DNA from: Macrostomum lignano
Lineage: Eukaryota
NCBI GenBank assembly: GCA_002269645.1
Contig: NIVC01001965.1
Location: 218,254 to 282,253 of the forward strand
Length of the DNA stretch: 64,000 nt
Direction: 5' to 3'
Shown: in pieces, positions 24,220-36,345 of the stretch
Layout: each line of letters starts with the position of its first letter
Numbering within the stretch: the stretch's first letter is position 1
Program-made: the position numbers and the translations under genes
The notes under the pieces: model-generated
Database searches by the model: none
What the model was told of the DNA's origin: nothing
What the model saw: only the letters and a program-made list of their open reading frames with translations

Positions 24220-24652
24220 CATAGATACTATAGAATTAACGCGTGCAAGCTACTTTCAGTTCAGTAGTAAGTTAAACAGAAGCATTTTAATGCATTTTTA
24301 AAGCCAAGGCTCATTTATTGACTCTTACCCCCCAGCTTAAACCCTCCAACCTCGCCTTTCCACACTACCCTCCGCCCGCCCCAATTTTATTGCCTTTCTC
24401 TGAATTCCAGCCCAAAGCTGCCATGTACATTTCAGTGGACTGGCTAATGTACATTATTGCTGAACCAATTAGCAAGTTATTTACGCCTGCAAGCTTGGGC
24501 TTCTAAACTTATCAAAGTCATTTCAGCTGCGGTTATGTTTATAAAATGGCTTATGTATTCTTCTTTGCTACTGAACTGAAAATAGAAAGCTGATTTACTA
24601 AGTATTTATTTATGCCTGAGTGGCAATAGTTACATGAATTCTAGTATCTGTG
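24220..24652 (-). mobile_element. P-like MITE, copy 3 (inverted)
   Basis: Reverse complement of 5765-6216, with termini CATAGATACTA/CTAGTATCTGTG and TSD atcgccac/ttcgccac (7 of 8). Confidence 0.8.
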
Positions 24653-24972
24653 TTCGCCACCGGAGCTAGAATTCTTACTTGCAAGTATCATTATCATAAT
24701 ATCTTATCGAAAAACAACTACGAGCCTGCATGTACTTTGATTGAACAAGCTGGGTAATAAGATAGATAGTTTATAGTTCTAGATTGGCTAGGCATTAGGC
24801 AAACACACACACCCTACCTTTCAGAAGAGCTTAATAAATATTATAATAAAGTTATTGACAACTGAAGTAGGAGGACAGTATATGCTTGATTTTCTTAGAA
24901 ATTCCCTCAAGATATCAGACTTTTCTAGCGAGGATTTTTCTCGACCGATTTTGTCTATGGTGAAACCCCATT

Positions 24973-25542
24973 CAGGTAAAAATTCGGCCCGAGCTATATC
25001 CGGCCCATGAAGCCTCTGATTCCGGCCTCTGATTCCGGCTCGCTCGCTCAAGGTTTGTCTCTTCTCAGCTCTTCTCTCTCCTCTCCTCTCATCTCATCTC
25101 ATCTCATCTCATCTCATCTCATCTCCACTCCACTCCACTCCACTCCACTCCACTCCACTCCACTCCACTCCTCCCCACTCCTGTCCTCTTCTCTCCTCTC
25201 CTCTCCACTCCTCTCCACTCCACTCCTCCCCACTCCTCTCCTCTCCACTCCTCTCCACTCCACTCCTCCCCACTCCTCTCCTCTCCACTTCTCTCCACTC
25301 CACTCCTCCCCACTCCTCTCCTCTCCACTCCTCTCCTCTCCTCTTCTCTCCTCTCCTTTTCTCTTCTCTCCTATCCTCTCCTCTACACTCCTTTCTTGTC
25401 TCCTCTCCTCTATTATTTCTCTCATCTCTCATCTCTTCCACTTCTCTCTCCTCTATTCTTTTTTCCTTCCTCATTTTGCCAGCAGCAATGAACTAGGAGA
25501 CCCTTTATCTGGCCCTTGATGCAAAAGGCTGGCCGACCACTG
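24973..25542 (+). mobile_element. hAT-like MITE containing an expanded (ctcca/ctctc)n microsatellite
   Basis: The left end has cggccc..atatccggccc..gaagcc and the right end tctggcccttgatgcaaaaggctggccgaccactg. It is homologous to 29866-30337 in inverted orientation. Confidence 0.65.
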
Positions 25543-26015
25543 CTCCAGAGCACACTAAATGCACTGCCAACATGGCAACTATGGGTTCCAGCTCATTCCT
25601 AAGAAAACCGAGTGTAGCGACCTTCTACTTCAGCTGTCCATGAAAATCATACTGTGTAAACCTGCACATCCGGCTGAGGATCACAGCTTAGGACTAATAT
25701 TTTTCTTCACATATTCTCACCTTATCAAGTAGTTATGAGTCAATACTTCTGAGTTATCGTCAGTAGCAGTCGACTCTTGTGCTCTTATCAACTAAACCAA
25801 AAAGCTGCTCACCATTGGCTGCCTCGGGTATGAGGCAACATGTCTGAAATGTGCACACGGGCCACTCAATTCTGCTCCAGTAGTTGTACGTACGAGTATG
25901 GTAAATATAATTAGACTCAGTCAAACTGACTCACACCTGAGTCACAAACTCATATCATAGGCACTTGCCAACTGCCAACAATCTTGGCCATCTACTTCAG
26001 TATCTACGCTGCTAA

Positions 26016-28175
26016 ATGAACAACCAACGGATAGAATCAACGGCCACAGAGTGCAGCTGCTACGGCTGTCACCAGCCAGCTAAGGGAGCAGCTGCCGTAG
26101 CCACCGGCGACCCGCTGTGCGCCACTCACGCTGCTCAGGACGCCGACAGCGTCATGCAGCTGCGCAGGCGCGTTCTCGCGCGCTATCGTCAGGCCACGGA
26201 GGCGTCGAAAGCGCGCATCGAGCGGCGCAGATGCCGAGCCGAGGCGCGCAGAGCAGTGGAGGAGGCGCGCAACCTGCTGGAGTGCAGCTTCCGCGCTACA
26301 CTTCAAGCCCTTGACGTTGACACTGACGGAGACGGAGAAGAGTGCAGACTGGCGGAGCTGCTGACCTACGAGACGGAGGACGCGGCGGCGATGGCGCAGG
26401 ACGATCTGGTTGCTGTGCACCGCCTGGCGCGGCGCATGGAGCTGGCTCTGGGTCAGGCTGGCGTCAGCGGGACTCAGGACCCCGCCCTGTCTGCCGCTGC
26501 CGCCAAGCAGCTGTCCGACAATTGGACTTCGCTGTGCCGCTCAATCGCTGGGGCAGTTCGCGCATTTCTCAATACAACCGAGGCGGCGCAGCAGCAATCG
26601 GCAGTTGTTGTCGAGTCGACCAGCTGGGACGGCTTGTCGGGCGACGTCATGTGGGCGACCGTCTGCCGCAACACGTCGGGCTACGGAGCGGACGCGGACT
26701 CTGGCGTGGTTGTCTCGCTGGCCGACGTGCCGCCGCCCACTGCGCAGCCGCTGCCGCCTGTGTGCCTGTTCGCCTCGCTTCACCGCGACCACCAGACCGA
26801 CCACCTGCTGGCGCTGGGCTCCGATGGCTGTCGGCTGCGCGTTCGAGCCGAACTCGACTGGACGCATCGGGTGAGAGTCTTTGCTGCGCCTTGGCTCGCA
26901 GATCGAGCGGGTGGACCCGCAGCCTTCGAGGAGGCAAGCAGTCAGGCACGCGCTCACACAGGGTGTACAGGCCCTGACTAATTTCTCCTCGTCAGACATG
27001 TACACTCTCTGTGACTTGGTTAGCCCCTCGCAGACCCTCACAATTCTCATGAACATGCCCCGAATACCCGAATCGAACCCAAAAGCCTTGGGTTCTGAAC
27101 CGCTTTTTTGCCTCACCTCTGCTGCTCAGGTGCGCGGCCTCTACTGCAACTCCGTCAGGTAGAGGCTGTTCGTCTCGCAGGACGAGCTCGGCGTCACCGC
27201 CTGCTGCCTGGCCGGCCGGCGTCTCTTCAGCCTCAGCCTGCCGGCTCCGCTGTGCTGCGGCGGCCTGGCCGGCCTGCCCGCCGACAGCCGCCTGTTCGTG
27301 TTCGACGAAGCCAACCGGCGAGTGCTGACTGCTGCCTTGGGCGAGGACGACAGCGGCCAGCCAATCGGGTGCGAGCTGGCTGCGGTCGGGCATCGGCACA
27401 CCGGCAGCTTCGGCCGGCTTGCTGTTGTCGCCGACAGCAGTGCCCTGCTGCTCACCGACTTCCTGGGACGGCGGCTGCTGCAAATTCGATTGGAGACCGG
27501 AGAGGCTGCGGAGTGGCCCGCAGCTCTGGGCTGTGCTGAGCGATGGTGAGTGCTGGGGCTGAGCACCCTCCCTACAGCACCTACAGCACCCTCCCTATAG
27601 CACCTACAGCACCCCCCTAAAGCACCTAGAGCACCCTCAATACAGCATTCTCAGTAAATGAATTCAGCATGATTTACGTGAATACAGTTTTGCATACAAC
27701 AGTGGCACTTAACCAGACGTTATTATTATCACCGACGACATACAGCTAGACTAGATAAAGACAGTCACGAGAATATAGCATCAGTAGCATGCGTTGCCTA
27801 TCTCGCCTGCCTTGAGCGTTGGCACCTAATCATTGAGAATCGAACCCAGGGGCTTTGGCACAGAGTCGGATCCGTTGTCATACCACCCGCAGCTCCGGAT
27901 CCCCCGTGTCGGTGGTCGTCGACGCCTCCGGCCGGGTGTTCGTGAGCTACACTGAGGATCACGTGATCGATATCTACTCGCCGGAAGGTGTCCGACTGCT
28001 CGGCCGACTTGGCAAACTGGGCCGGCCAGGCGGCGGCCGCGGACGGCGGGATGGCCGGATTCTGCTGGAGAGTCCCTGTGGCCTGGCCGTGTGGCCGGGA
28101 CTCGAACCCGGACTGACCTGGCTGGCAGTGGCCGAGCGGGACGCCAGACGGCTACGGCTGTTCCTGGTGGCGTGA
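26016..28175 (+). CDS. Diverged TRIM-NHL-like protein (B-box-like Cys/His motif, coiled coil, NHL beta-propeller) with an internal TAG; possible null allele or pseudogene
   Basis: join(26016..26870,27130..27545,27893..28175); canonical GT-AG, phases chain, 1554 nt. The N-terminus has CSCYGC..LCATH. NHL-like blades: VRGL..RLFVS, GGLAGL..RLFVFDEANRRV, SPVSVVVDASGRVFVSYTEDHVIDIYSPEG, SPCGLAV..LAVAERDARRLRLF. A TAG lies at 27160-27162. Confidence 0.7.
26945..27095 (-). mobile_element. SINE family B copy in intron 1 of the NHL gene
   Basis: The minus strand has the B-box cccaaggcttttgggttcgattc and a body cacagagagtgtacatgtctgacga...tgtacaccctgtgtgagcg shared with 48039-48290. Confidence 0.75.
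27795..27868 (-). mobile_element. SINE family B head fragment
   Basis: The minus strand reads gactctgtgccaaagcccctgggttcgattc...gccaacgctcaaggca, matching 48069-48196. Confidence 0.6.
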
Positions 28176-28798
28176 GCGGGCCGGCCGCACTGCATAGGAA
28201 ACGATCAGCTATAGTAGTAGCAGATGATAGCTCAACTCTGCCGCAGGGAAAGCCGCGGAAATTCCGTGGGTCGCTGCAGCCAACCTCTGAGCCAAGGAGC
28301 AACCGACCTTCCTCAGGAAGCCTCATTTTGGACTGCAAGTGTTCACAGTTGGCACGCAGCAGATACTCGTAGGCGAGTTGTTGCGTCATCTTTGACTGAA
28401 GTAGTTATTAACCTCTGTCTGGACTCAATCATTTCAGTGAGCTCCAAGTCAGTGTGTGACCTCGAGTTCTTAAACAGCTGAAGCAGCAGGACGCCGCAAA
28501 CCGTGCCAATTTTGCTGGAGTTTTCACCGCGAAATGCATTGTCGGCTGATTTTCCATGCAGGAATGGCATTCTTGCACTCTTTTGCGTGCAGGAATGGAT
28601 GTCTATGGTAAAATCTCACTGAAAATCATTAGGCGCAGAAATGCATTCCTGCACGGTTTTGTGCATTCCTGCACGATGACTCATCCGACAATGGGATTCC
28701 TTCACGTTCACTCGTGCGTGAAGGGCATCGTGAACTCGTGCGCTAGCGCGCACTCGTGCAGATGTCATTCCCGCACTCGTGACCATGCAGGAATCATT

Positions 28799-29165
28799 CA
28801 TTGGCGAGATGGGAAGCTTTCAGTTCTTCAGCACTGAATCAAGGACCACTAGAAACACTTCGTTCTGCACAGCGCTGAGTGGGGTTTGGCCATAGACAAA
28901 TCCGTCCAGACAAAACACTGCAGAGACAGGAGCAGCTGCAATTTCGCCGCAACTTTGCTTGCTTGCCGGTCTCCGGCAGCAGTTCATGAAAAAGCAGCTT
29001 GATAAACTTGTGAGCGCAGCTCGGACAAAACACCTGCTGGCTGAATCTGCAATTCGGGAGTCCAGCAGGTGAGAAATTGGGGATTCAGTGCTGAAAAACT
29101 GGAAACTTCCCATCTCGCCAGTGCATTCCGCAGCGAAATCTGCACGATTCGCGAGTGCAGCGGCC
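28799..29165 (+). mobile_element. TIR-bounded non-autonomous element, copy 1
   Basis: About 42-bp TIRs cattggcgagatgggaagctttcagttcttcagcactgaatc / gattcagtgctgaaaaactggaaacttcccatctcgccagtg. The interior is near-identical to 39768-40235 (inverted). Confidence 0.75.
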
Positions 29166-29865
29166 TGCTGCTTCAGCTGCCCAGGATTCCGAATCGAGCC
29201 TAGGATCTTCGATCCTTTGGCCATTTTTCTTTTGATTGCTTATTATAGCAATATTGTTAATGCCCACTACAGAATGAATATAATCCACCATATTTATGCC
29301 TCCTATTGTGGGGGGGGTGCTATGACTACTTTTCTAGTATTTCAGACAATGCTTCAATAGTTCAATCCACCTTTCCGCACTGTATTCATATTGAAATTAT
29401 TAACAAAAAAGAACAAATTCAAGCCATGCTACTAGCGAGTAGCTTATTCAATTATAAAATGCATTAAAAGCTTTGGCTAAAAACAGCTAGCTATATATAG
29501 ACACATTTGGGCATCAGAGCAGCTCTGAGTTGATTTATTTATTAATACAAAATTTATGACAGTCGTCACAATTCTTTCTAGGAAACATCTTTCTAGGAAT
29601 TCCCCCTGTTATCTCACTGTGGCTGTGTGAGATGCAGAGAGATTTACTTATGCAATCTTAGCGTTCGTCATGACACATCAACCAGTCTAATTGTTGGCTT
29701 CCTGGATCTGGACCCAGTAATTCATATTTCCTTTGAAGTATCAATAATTTTATAATTATTTGGATTATTGGGATATCAAGACTTCTATTGACTGTAAAAT
29801 TTGAGCAATCTGTAAACATGGAGTCTGCAGACTTCTGCAACTGCTGTAGGTGAGAGTGTATACTG

Positions 29866-30337
29866 TAGGGGTCGGCTAACTTTTTACCTCAAGGGCCAGG
29901 TAAAAAATATAGATCATTACTGCGGTGAGGTGAGAGGGAGAAAGGGAAAAGAGGAGATGAAAGGTGAGAGGCGAGATGAGAGATAAGAGATGCGATGAGA
30001 TAAGAGGAGAGGAGAGGAGAGAGGAGAGACAGAAGAGAGAAGATAATAGGTGTGGAGAGAGAAGAGAGGGGAGGAAAGGAGAGGAGAGGAGACGATACGA
30101 GAAGAGAGGAAAGAGGAGAGGAGAGGAGAGGGGAGAGAGAGAGGAGTGGAGAAGAGAGAGGAGTGGAGGGAGGAGATGAGGAGAGAGGAGAGGAGAGAAA
30201 ATAGAGAAGAGAGGAAAGAGGAATGACCTGAGAAGAGACACAAACCTTAGCTGGATTGCCAGATTGCTATTGTGAAGTTTCAAAGGACCCGAGGACCGGA
30301 TAGAGAGGCTTCGCGGGCCGGAATTTGCCGACCTCAG
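29866..30337 (-). mobile_element. hAT-like MITE containing an expanded GA-rich microsatellite
   Basis: Ends are TAGGGGTCGGCTAAC...AAGGGCCAG and GCGGGCCGGAATTTGCCGACCTCAG; same family as 24973-25542. Confidence 0.65.
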
Positions 30338-30484
30338 GTGTAAAGGGTACGGTAGAAATGTTGGTACTTTATTCTATTTTGAACTTTTGCGACTGATGCC
30401 AGATGGCATCCGGGTCTTCACTGGCTTCCCAGCCAACAGGAAGTGGCAGTGATTTCTTAAAAAAACACAAGCCGACCGTCCCAA

Positions 30485-30994
30485 TCAGAGCGCCCGGCTC
30501 TGCCTGCCGAATTCCAGAGCGTCCCGCAGCCGATCCCGCCGGCTTGACGCCCGGCCAGTCAGTGGCGCCCCATCGCCGGCCAGAGCTTCGTCGTTGGCGT
30601 CTTGTTGAAGCGACGCCGTTGGCGAAGTCGGATTTGGCGCCGGCGCCAGTTTCTGACCTAGGCGCGAGCGCAGGTGTAGGAAGGCCTGCTCAGTCTGCTC
30701 CTCCATGGAGACCATGCGGCTCTCCAGACTGCGCAGCTGGTTCTCCACCTGCCTGGCCGTCACGGCCGACGCTGCCGACATCGGCCGCATCGGGGGCGGC
30801 GCTCCGCCACCGCCGTGGCCACCGGCGCCGCTGGGCGTGCTGGGCCGGTGCAGGGTGAACTGCGAGTTGGAATTTTAAATTAAGTAGTTTTGTCTAGTAA
30901 GTAGTAACTTTGTGTTTTTTCTTGTCTATATTGAATACTTAGCTTTCAATCTTTTTTCTGTCTGTCTGTCTGTCTGCCTGTCTGTCTGTCTGCC

Positions 30995-31031
<37 letters not shown>

Positions 31032-31034
31032 GCC

Positions 31035-31075
<41 letters not shown>

Positions 31076-31108
31076 TTCTGTCTGTCTGTCTGTCTATCTG
31101 TCTGTCTA

Positions 31109-31199
<91 letters not shown>

Positions 31200-33152
31200 T
31201 AGTGTCTGCCTGTCTGTCTGTCTGTCCGTCTGCCGCCTGTAATGTAGCTTTCTGACTACCTCACCGTCGTCTGCCCATTCTACCTCACGTAATTTTTTTT
31301 TCAATCATACATTATGTAAGACTCTCAGTAACTACATATTAATAGCTCGTAAGAGATTTGCATGTATGTACATAAGATAAGACTCTTAGTAATTTACATT
31401 AGTCTAAGCTTTTAGTTGCTCCTTCCTATATACTAAACTCCGTTTTCAAGCTTCTTGATTCTTTGCAAATCCTACTCAAGAAGAACTCAAATTTCAAGCA
31501 AAATAACATAATTACCCCGTTGAAATAGTCCAGATTCGGTAGCAGTTTTTGTACAGCAGCCACGGGTGTCAGACAGTTAGTGAAGCTCAGCTCGAAGAGG
31601 TTCCCTAGACGGCCCAGGGCGGCCTGAAATTTCATGGTATGCAATAATGCTCAGATGAAGCTGGAGACAGAGAGTAATGGAATAAGTACGAGCTGTAGAA
31701 CCCCGTCTATCTAACTGAGCCATTAGACGTTGATTTAGGAGTAGAGTTCTTAGCCGAACTATCTGAGCCATAGACAGTTAGGAGTAGACTTACAACCCTC
31801 AACCACCTAAGCTATGGACATTAGGAGTAAATTTAGCAACCTATTATCGCAAAAAAAGCTCAGACTCACAGCCAATCGCTCGTCCATCTCAACGGGCCCA
31901 TTATTGGACATGTCAAGCGTGTACACGTTTGAACAGGCGTTTGGCAGCCAGCCAAATTCTGCCAGACGATTATCGCTTAGGCTAAGGCTGGTCAAACGCT
32001 GCAACTTCAGGTCGAGAGGGGCTGGCAGCTCCGCCAGGCGATTGTGCGACAGGTCTAGCTCTTCCAGGTTTGGCGCCGTGCGAAGGCTAGCCAGACTGCT
32101 CAGCAGGTTGTGCGATGCGTGCAGGTCTCGGAGCTGCGGGGGCGGTTGGAGATGGGATCGAATCGGTTCTGAGGGCTGCAGGGGGCGGAGACTGCACTGA
32201 GCAGTGGCTGCAGGGGGCGGAGACTGCACTGAGCAGTGGCTGCAGGGGGCGGAGACTGCACTGAAAAGTGGCTGCAGGGGGCGGAGACTGCACTGAGCAG
32301 TGGCTGCAGGGGGCGGAGACTGCACTGAGCAGTGGCTGCAGGGGGCGGAGACTGCACTGAGCAGTGGCTGCAGGGGGCGGAGACTGCACTGAAAAGTGGC
32401 TGCAGGGGGCGGAGACTGCACTGAGCAGTGGCTGCAGGGGGCGGAGACTGCACTGAGCAGTGGCTGCAGGGGGCGGAGACTGCACTGAGCAGTGGCTGCA
32501 GGGGGCGGAGACTGCACTGAGCAGTGGCTGCAGAGGGCGGAGACTGCACTGAGCAGTGGCTGCAGGGGGCGGAGACTGCACTGAGTAGTGGCTGCAGGGG
32601 GCGGACAAAGGCAGGATATATTCCTCAAGCTTACCTTTCTGCAGCGGCTAAAGTCGGGCAAGCTCTCCAGCAGATTGTTGTCAGCTCGAAGCTCCTCGAG
32701 ATGAGGCAGACAGACGACAGCCTGAAAGAGTATTCAAAGTTCATTCATATCATAAAAGTTTAGAGTCATCTCTGTAGATCTCACAAAGACTGAAACAAGC
32801 CAACTGACTGAAATATCTTTCAGCTGGTTAAAGCTGACATCCAGAAAGGTGAGCTGACTCATCGGTGCGAGCTCCTTGACCTCCATCGTTCGCAGCTCAT
32901 TGTTGTTTAGTTTGAGGGAGTTGAGCTTCTTTAGAGGTGCCAGGCCGCTGCCTTAATGGAGATTGATGAATTTATGATTAAATTAGCTATAGATAAATTC
33001 AGACAGTTAATCTTAAATCCAGCTTACCTATCTTGGCAATCTGATTGTACTGCAGCTGAAGTGAGCTGAGGTCCTTTTGTCTGAAAATTAATTTCGAGTA
33101 TATTAATAACATATTTCTAATTCACTAACAGACTACTGCTGCTGCTGCTACC

Positions 33153-33210
<58 letters not shown>

Positions 33211-33261
33211 ATTAATAACATATTTCTAATTCACTAACAGACTACTGCTGCTGCTGCTACC

Positions 33262-33339
<78 letters not shown>

Positions 33340-34859
33340 GCTGCTGCTGCTACTACTACTACTAGTACTACGACAACTCACGATTCCAGTAAGCAAATCG
33401 ATGTGATCATATTGTCGTACAATTTCAACTCTTTTAGCTCCTAAAATTTTGGGGTCTCAGTCATTATATATTATTATTAAAAAAATTTCCTATTGAAAAA
33501 ACTTTATATAATTCCTGTTTCAAACAGACGAACCTTGTTGTCGAACAGGTTGCTGATTTCAGAAATCGAATTGCTCGACAAGTCCAAAATTTTAAGCCGC
33601 TTAAACTAAAATAGTTTTTGAAACCATTTTATATTTTTAAAAGCGACTTGCAACGAATTAAAATCAATGTATAACTACAAACCTCTTTTAGAGCAAAAGG
33701 AATGCCTTTCAGTTGCTTTTGTCGAAGATCCAAGTCAAACACCCTCTGTGCATTGTCTTCCATCGATATTTCCAACTGAGGTTGTTTAAAAGTACGAGTA
33801 TATACTACTGACAAGTAGTAGTCACACAGCTATTAAAGTTTCATCCATAAAGCAGAACTTACCAGTTCTTTAAATGTCAGTTCTGAGTCCTCTTCTTTTT
33901 TGCCTGTGACCACTTGAGTCTTTTTAGAGGCTGAAATTTTATTTTTAAGCTGGATTTCTTAGCAGCTACCTAGGCAGGGGCGTTGCCACCGGGGGGGGGG
34001 CAGGGGGACATGTCCCCTCCAGGAAAATCTATTGGGGGGACATGCCAATGCTTTGTCCCCTTCCTCACCCCACCTTGTGACCCGTTATGGAAATCAATCA
34101 ATAATTTTGCTTCAGGGAGACAAAATGTAGCGCCTGCGGCGCTAAAATGAGTGCCTGCGGCACTAAAATGAGTGCCTGCGGCGCTAAAATGAGTTCCTGT
34201 GGCGCTAAAATGAGCGCTGACAACACCGATTCTGAAAATAATGTACATGTAGGAATTTAGTCATGGACACCTATATGTAGAATTCTTGGCTTTGTCCCCC
34301 CACCATAAAATCCATGGCGACGCCCCTGTGCCTAGGTTTTTCTGAAGCGCACAATAAAAAATATGGGTCAGTTCATTTTACCAGAATTTCAGAAATTAGA
34401 ATCTTAAAAAAAAGAAATTTAAATTGCTGGAAAATTTTCCTGAAAATCGGTGTTCATGAAAGTTGAAACTAAATTATGCATTCAAGCTACTTGTTAGTAG
34501 CCTATTAAGCACTCTTACTTGTGCTGGCCGAAGCTGACACAGGCTTTGGCCTCTGGGGTAGCAGTTGTTGCCCGCTGACACTTGATGGGGACGCTTTGTC
34601 AGCTGTTCGACCCTGGCTGGACTGCGCAGAGTTCGGTGCCGATGCCATGGCAACAGGCTTGACTGGCTTTGACGCAGGGCCTAAAGTACATTTTTTCACA
34701 AGAAAATAGTAGGCTAAATCTGTTTCCAGTAAATCCGCTTAGTGTACAACAGAACTTACCCGTTTTTGTCTGCTTTAGCTTGGCTTGTCCACCATTATTT
34801 CTTCCCAATGGCAAGTCGCTGAGCAAATCTGGCACATCTCTTTGCTCTCTTGATGCCAT
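30485..34859 (-). CDS. SDS22/PPP1R7-type leucine-rich-repeat protein with C-terminal coiled coil, about 505 aa, 11 exons
   Basis: complement(join(30485..30859,31516..31623,31870..32133,32635..32721,32809..32951,33028..33073,33534..33605,33683..33775,33863..33930,34519..34680,34760..34859)); phases chain, 1518 nt. LRRs: [88 protein letters not shown]. The LRRcap-like end is [10 protein letters not shown]. Two acceptors are AAG. Confidence 0.82.
30955..31235. repeat. (TCTG)n microsatellite
   Basis: About 70 tetramer units. Confidence 0.97.
32175..32605. repeat. 32-bp GC-rich minisatellite, about 13 copies
   Basis: Unit gctgcagggggcggagactgcactgagcagtg, in an LRR gene intron. Confidence 0.95.
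33100..33365. repeat. (CTA)n/(CTG)n microsatellite within a local tandem duplication of about 110 bp
   Basis: tattaataacatatttctaattcactaacagactactgctg... occurs twice (33101 and 33210). Confidence 0.85.
33975..34328. mobile_element. hAT-like MITE
   Basis: 14-bp TIRs CAGGGGCGTTGCCA / TGGCGACGCCCCTG and an 8-bp TSD tacctagg/tgcctagg (7 of 8). Confidence 0.85.
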
Positions 34860-36345
34860 GAATTTCTAGCTGGAAAATTCCAGAAATTAGAATTGTAATT
34901 GAACTATGAAGTATTTAAGAAAAGCATAATGCACTGTTTCTTAGCTTTTTTACATTTTATTGTACAATCATTAATACCAGTAAATTTCTATCAATATTTT
35001 CCTGTGATGAAAGAACAGTAAGTATTGAAAATTACATGTGCCATAACAATTGGTCTAGAAATAACTGAAGTAAAAAAGTACTAAATATTTGAAAACTTTT
35101 AAATTCCACCTAAAATTACCTAAGTAACTGCTTTGACTTCAGAAAAATGATAGGCTTCCTTTGACTAAACTTCTCTGTTAACCTAAAGTCCTAAACCACT
35201 TAATTTTCTTAATTCAAATCATTTTTTACTTTGTAATATAGGCGGAAAAACCACAGGCCAATCTTTAATATCCATAAACAGAAATGAGACTACAGTTGTT
35301 AATATATCATAAAAGTCACTAGTGTTAAGTGCAAATGCTATTTATCTAACAATCAAAATTTATTAGTGCAGTGTCAGAAATATATACCGATCTTAAATAA
35401 CATTGTATACATTCATCATTTATTAAAAACTTTTTCTGCACTAAATCTTAACTTTCTGATTAGAAAAATTCGTTTATCACATTAATTTTAAATATTTAAT
35501 GCTACATTATGATCTAAAAGACCCAGCCTAATTTTTTAGGGCATGCTTCCTTGTGTTTATAACCCTACGTTCTCTTTTTAGGCTAAGTTAATTTCATAGA
35601 CATTCGCCTGCTTTTGCACTTTTTTTTTAACTATTTTGCATACAATATTTGAATCAGTCAGTATATTCTACATAAAAAGTATCCGCATCTTATTGAATTA
35701 TTTTTTAAAACTTCGACGAACAGAATAATCTGGGTTTGATTTTGCCTTTGAATAGATATTGTCAATTGACTAAATACTCTAACAATAGCTCTATCATCAG
35801 CTCAAGGCTTTATGTTTAAAATCATTTGAAGATTTTTAGTCAAATTTCGTCACAAAGCTCATACAACGTGACAAATAAACATTACAAAGAAAATTAATTT
35901 TTTTAAAATGTCGTCAAAAAAACTTATAGAATAAACGTTGCTTGAATTTCTTGAAAGTCCTAATCTTTCAAAGAGAATATTTTGTTTTATTTAACTTAAC
36001 ACGTAACAAAATGAAAAATACAATAGTTTCTAAGCTTGGTACGCAGTCAGTAAAATTCCTAACTTTTCTTTTTTTTCTAATTATATGTGGTACAATAAGT
36101 CCCTTTGACACCTTTTAAAGGCTATTCAGGTTCCCTCGCTTGAATGATAATTGCGATCAAATTCACATTCACACAAGAAAGAAGTCTGATTTCAATGCGC
36201 CAAAAACGACGAAACACTCAGTTATGCATGGCTTAACATCAGCCTCAGAAAAGTCTGCTTATTTTTCAAGAAGTTTTATTCCCGAACGGCCTATTTCTCT
36301 GTTGAACAAGTGATTGAAATTAGAAAAGCAGTTTGCTTTTTTGTT

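Noticed and set aside
26871-26981. C-terminal part of ORF 26016-26981
   Set aside because: Read-through past the donor at 26870 into an intron and SINE-B.
28839-29033. Duplicated small ORF MFCPSCAHKF (also 39867-40049)
   Set aside because: It lies inside two copies of a non-coding TIR element and has no domain similarity that I can recognise.
31240-31300. Possible extra LRR-gene micro-exon (VEWADDGE)
   Set aside because: It would need a GAG acceptor and has no good donor; the flanking exons already join in phase.
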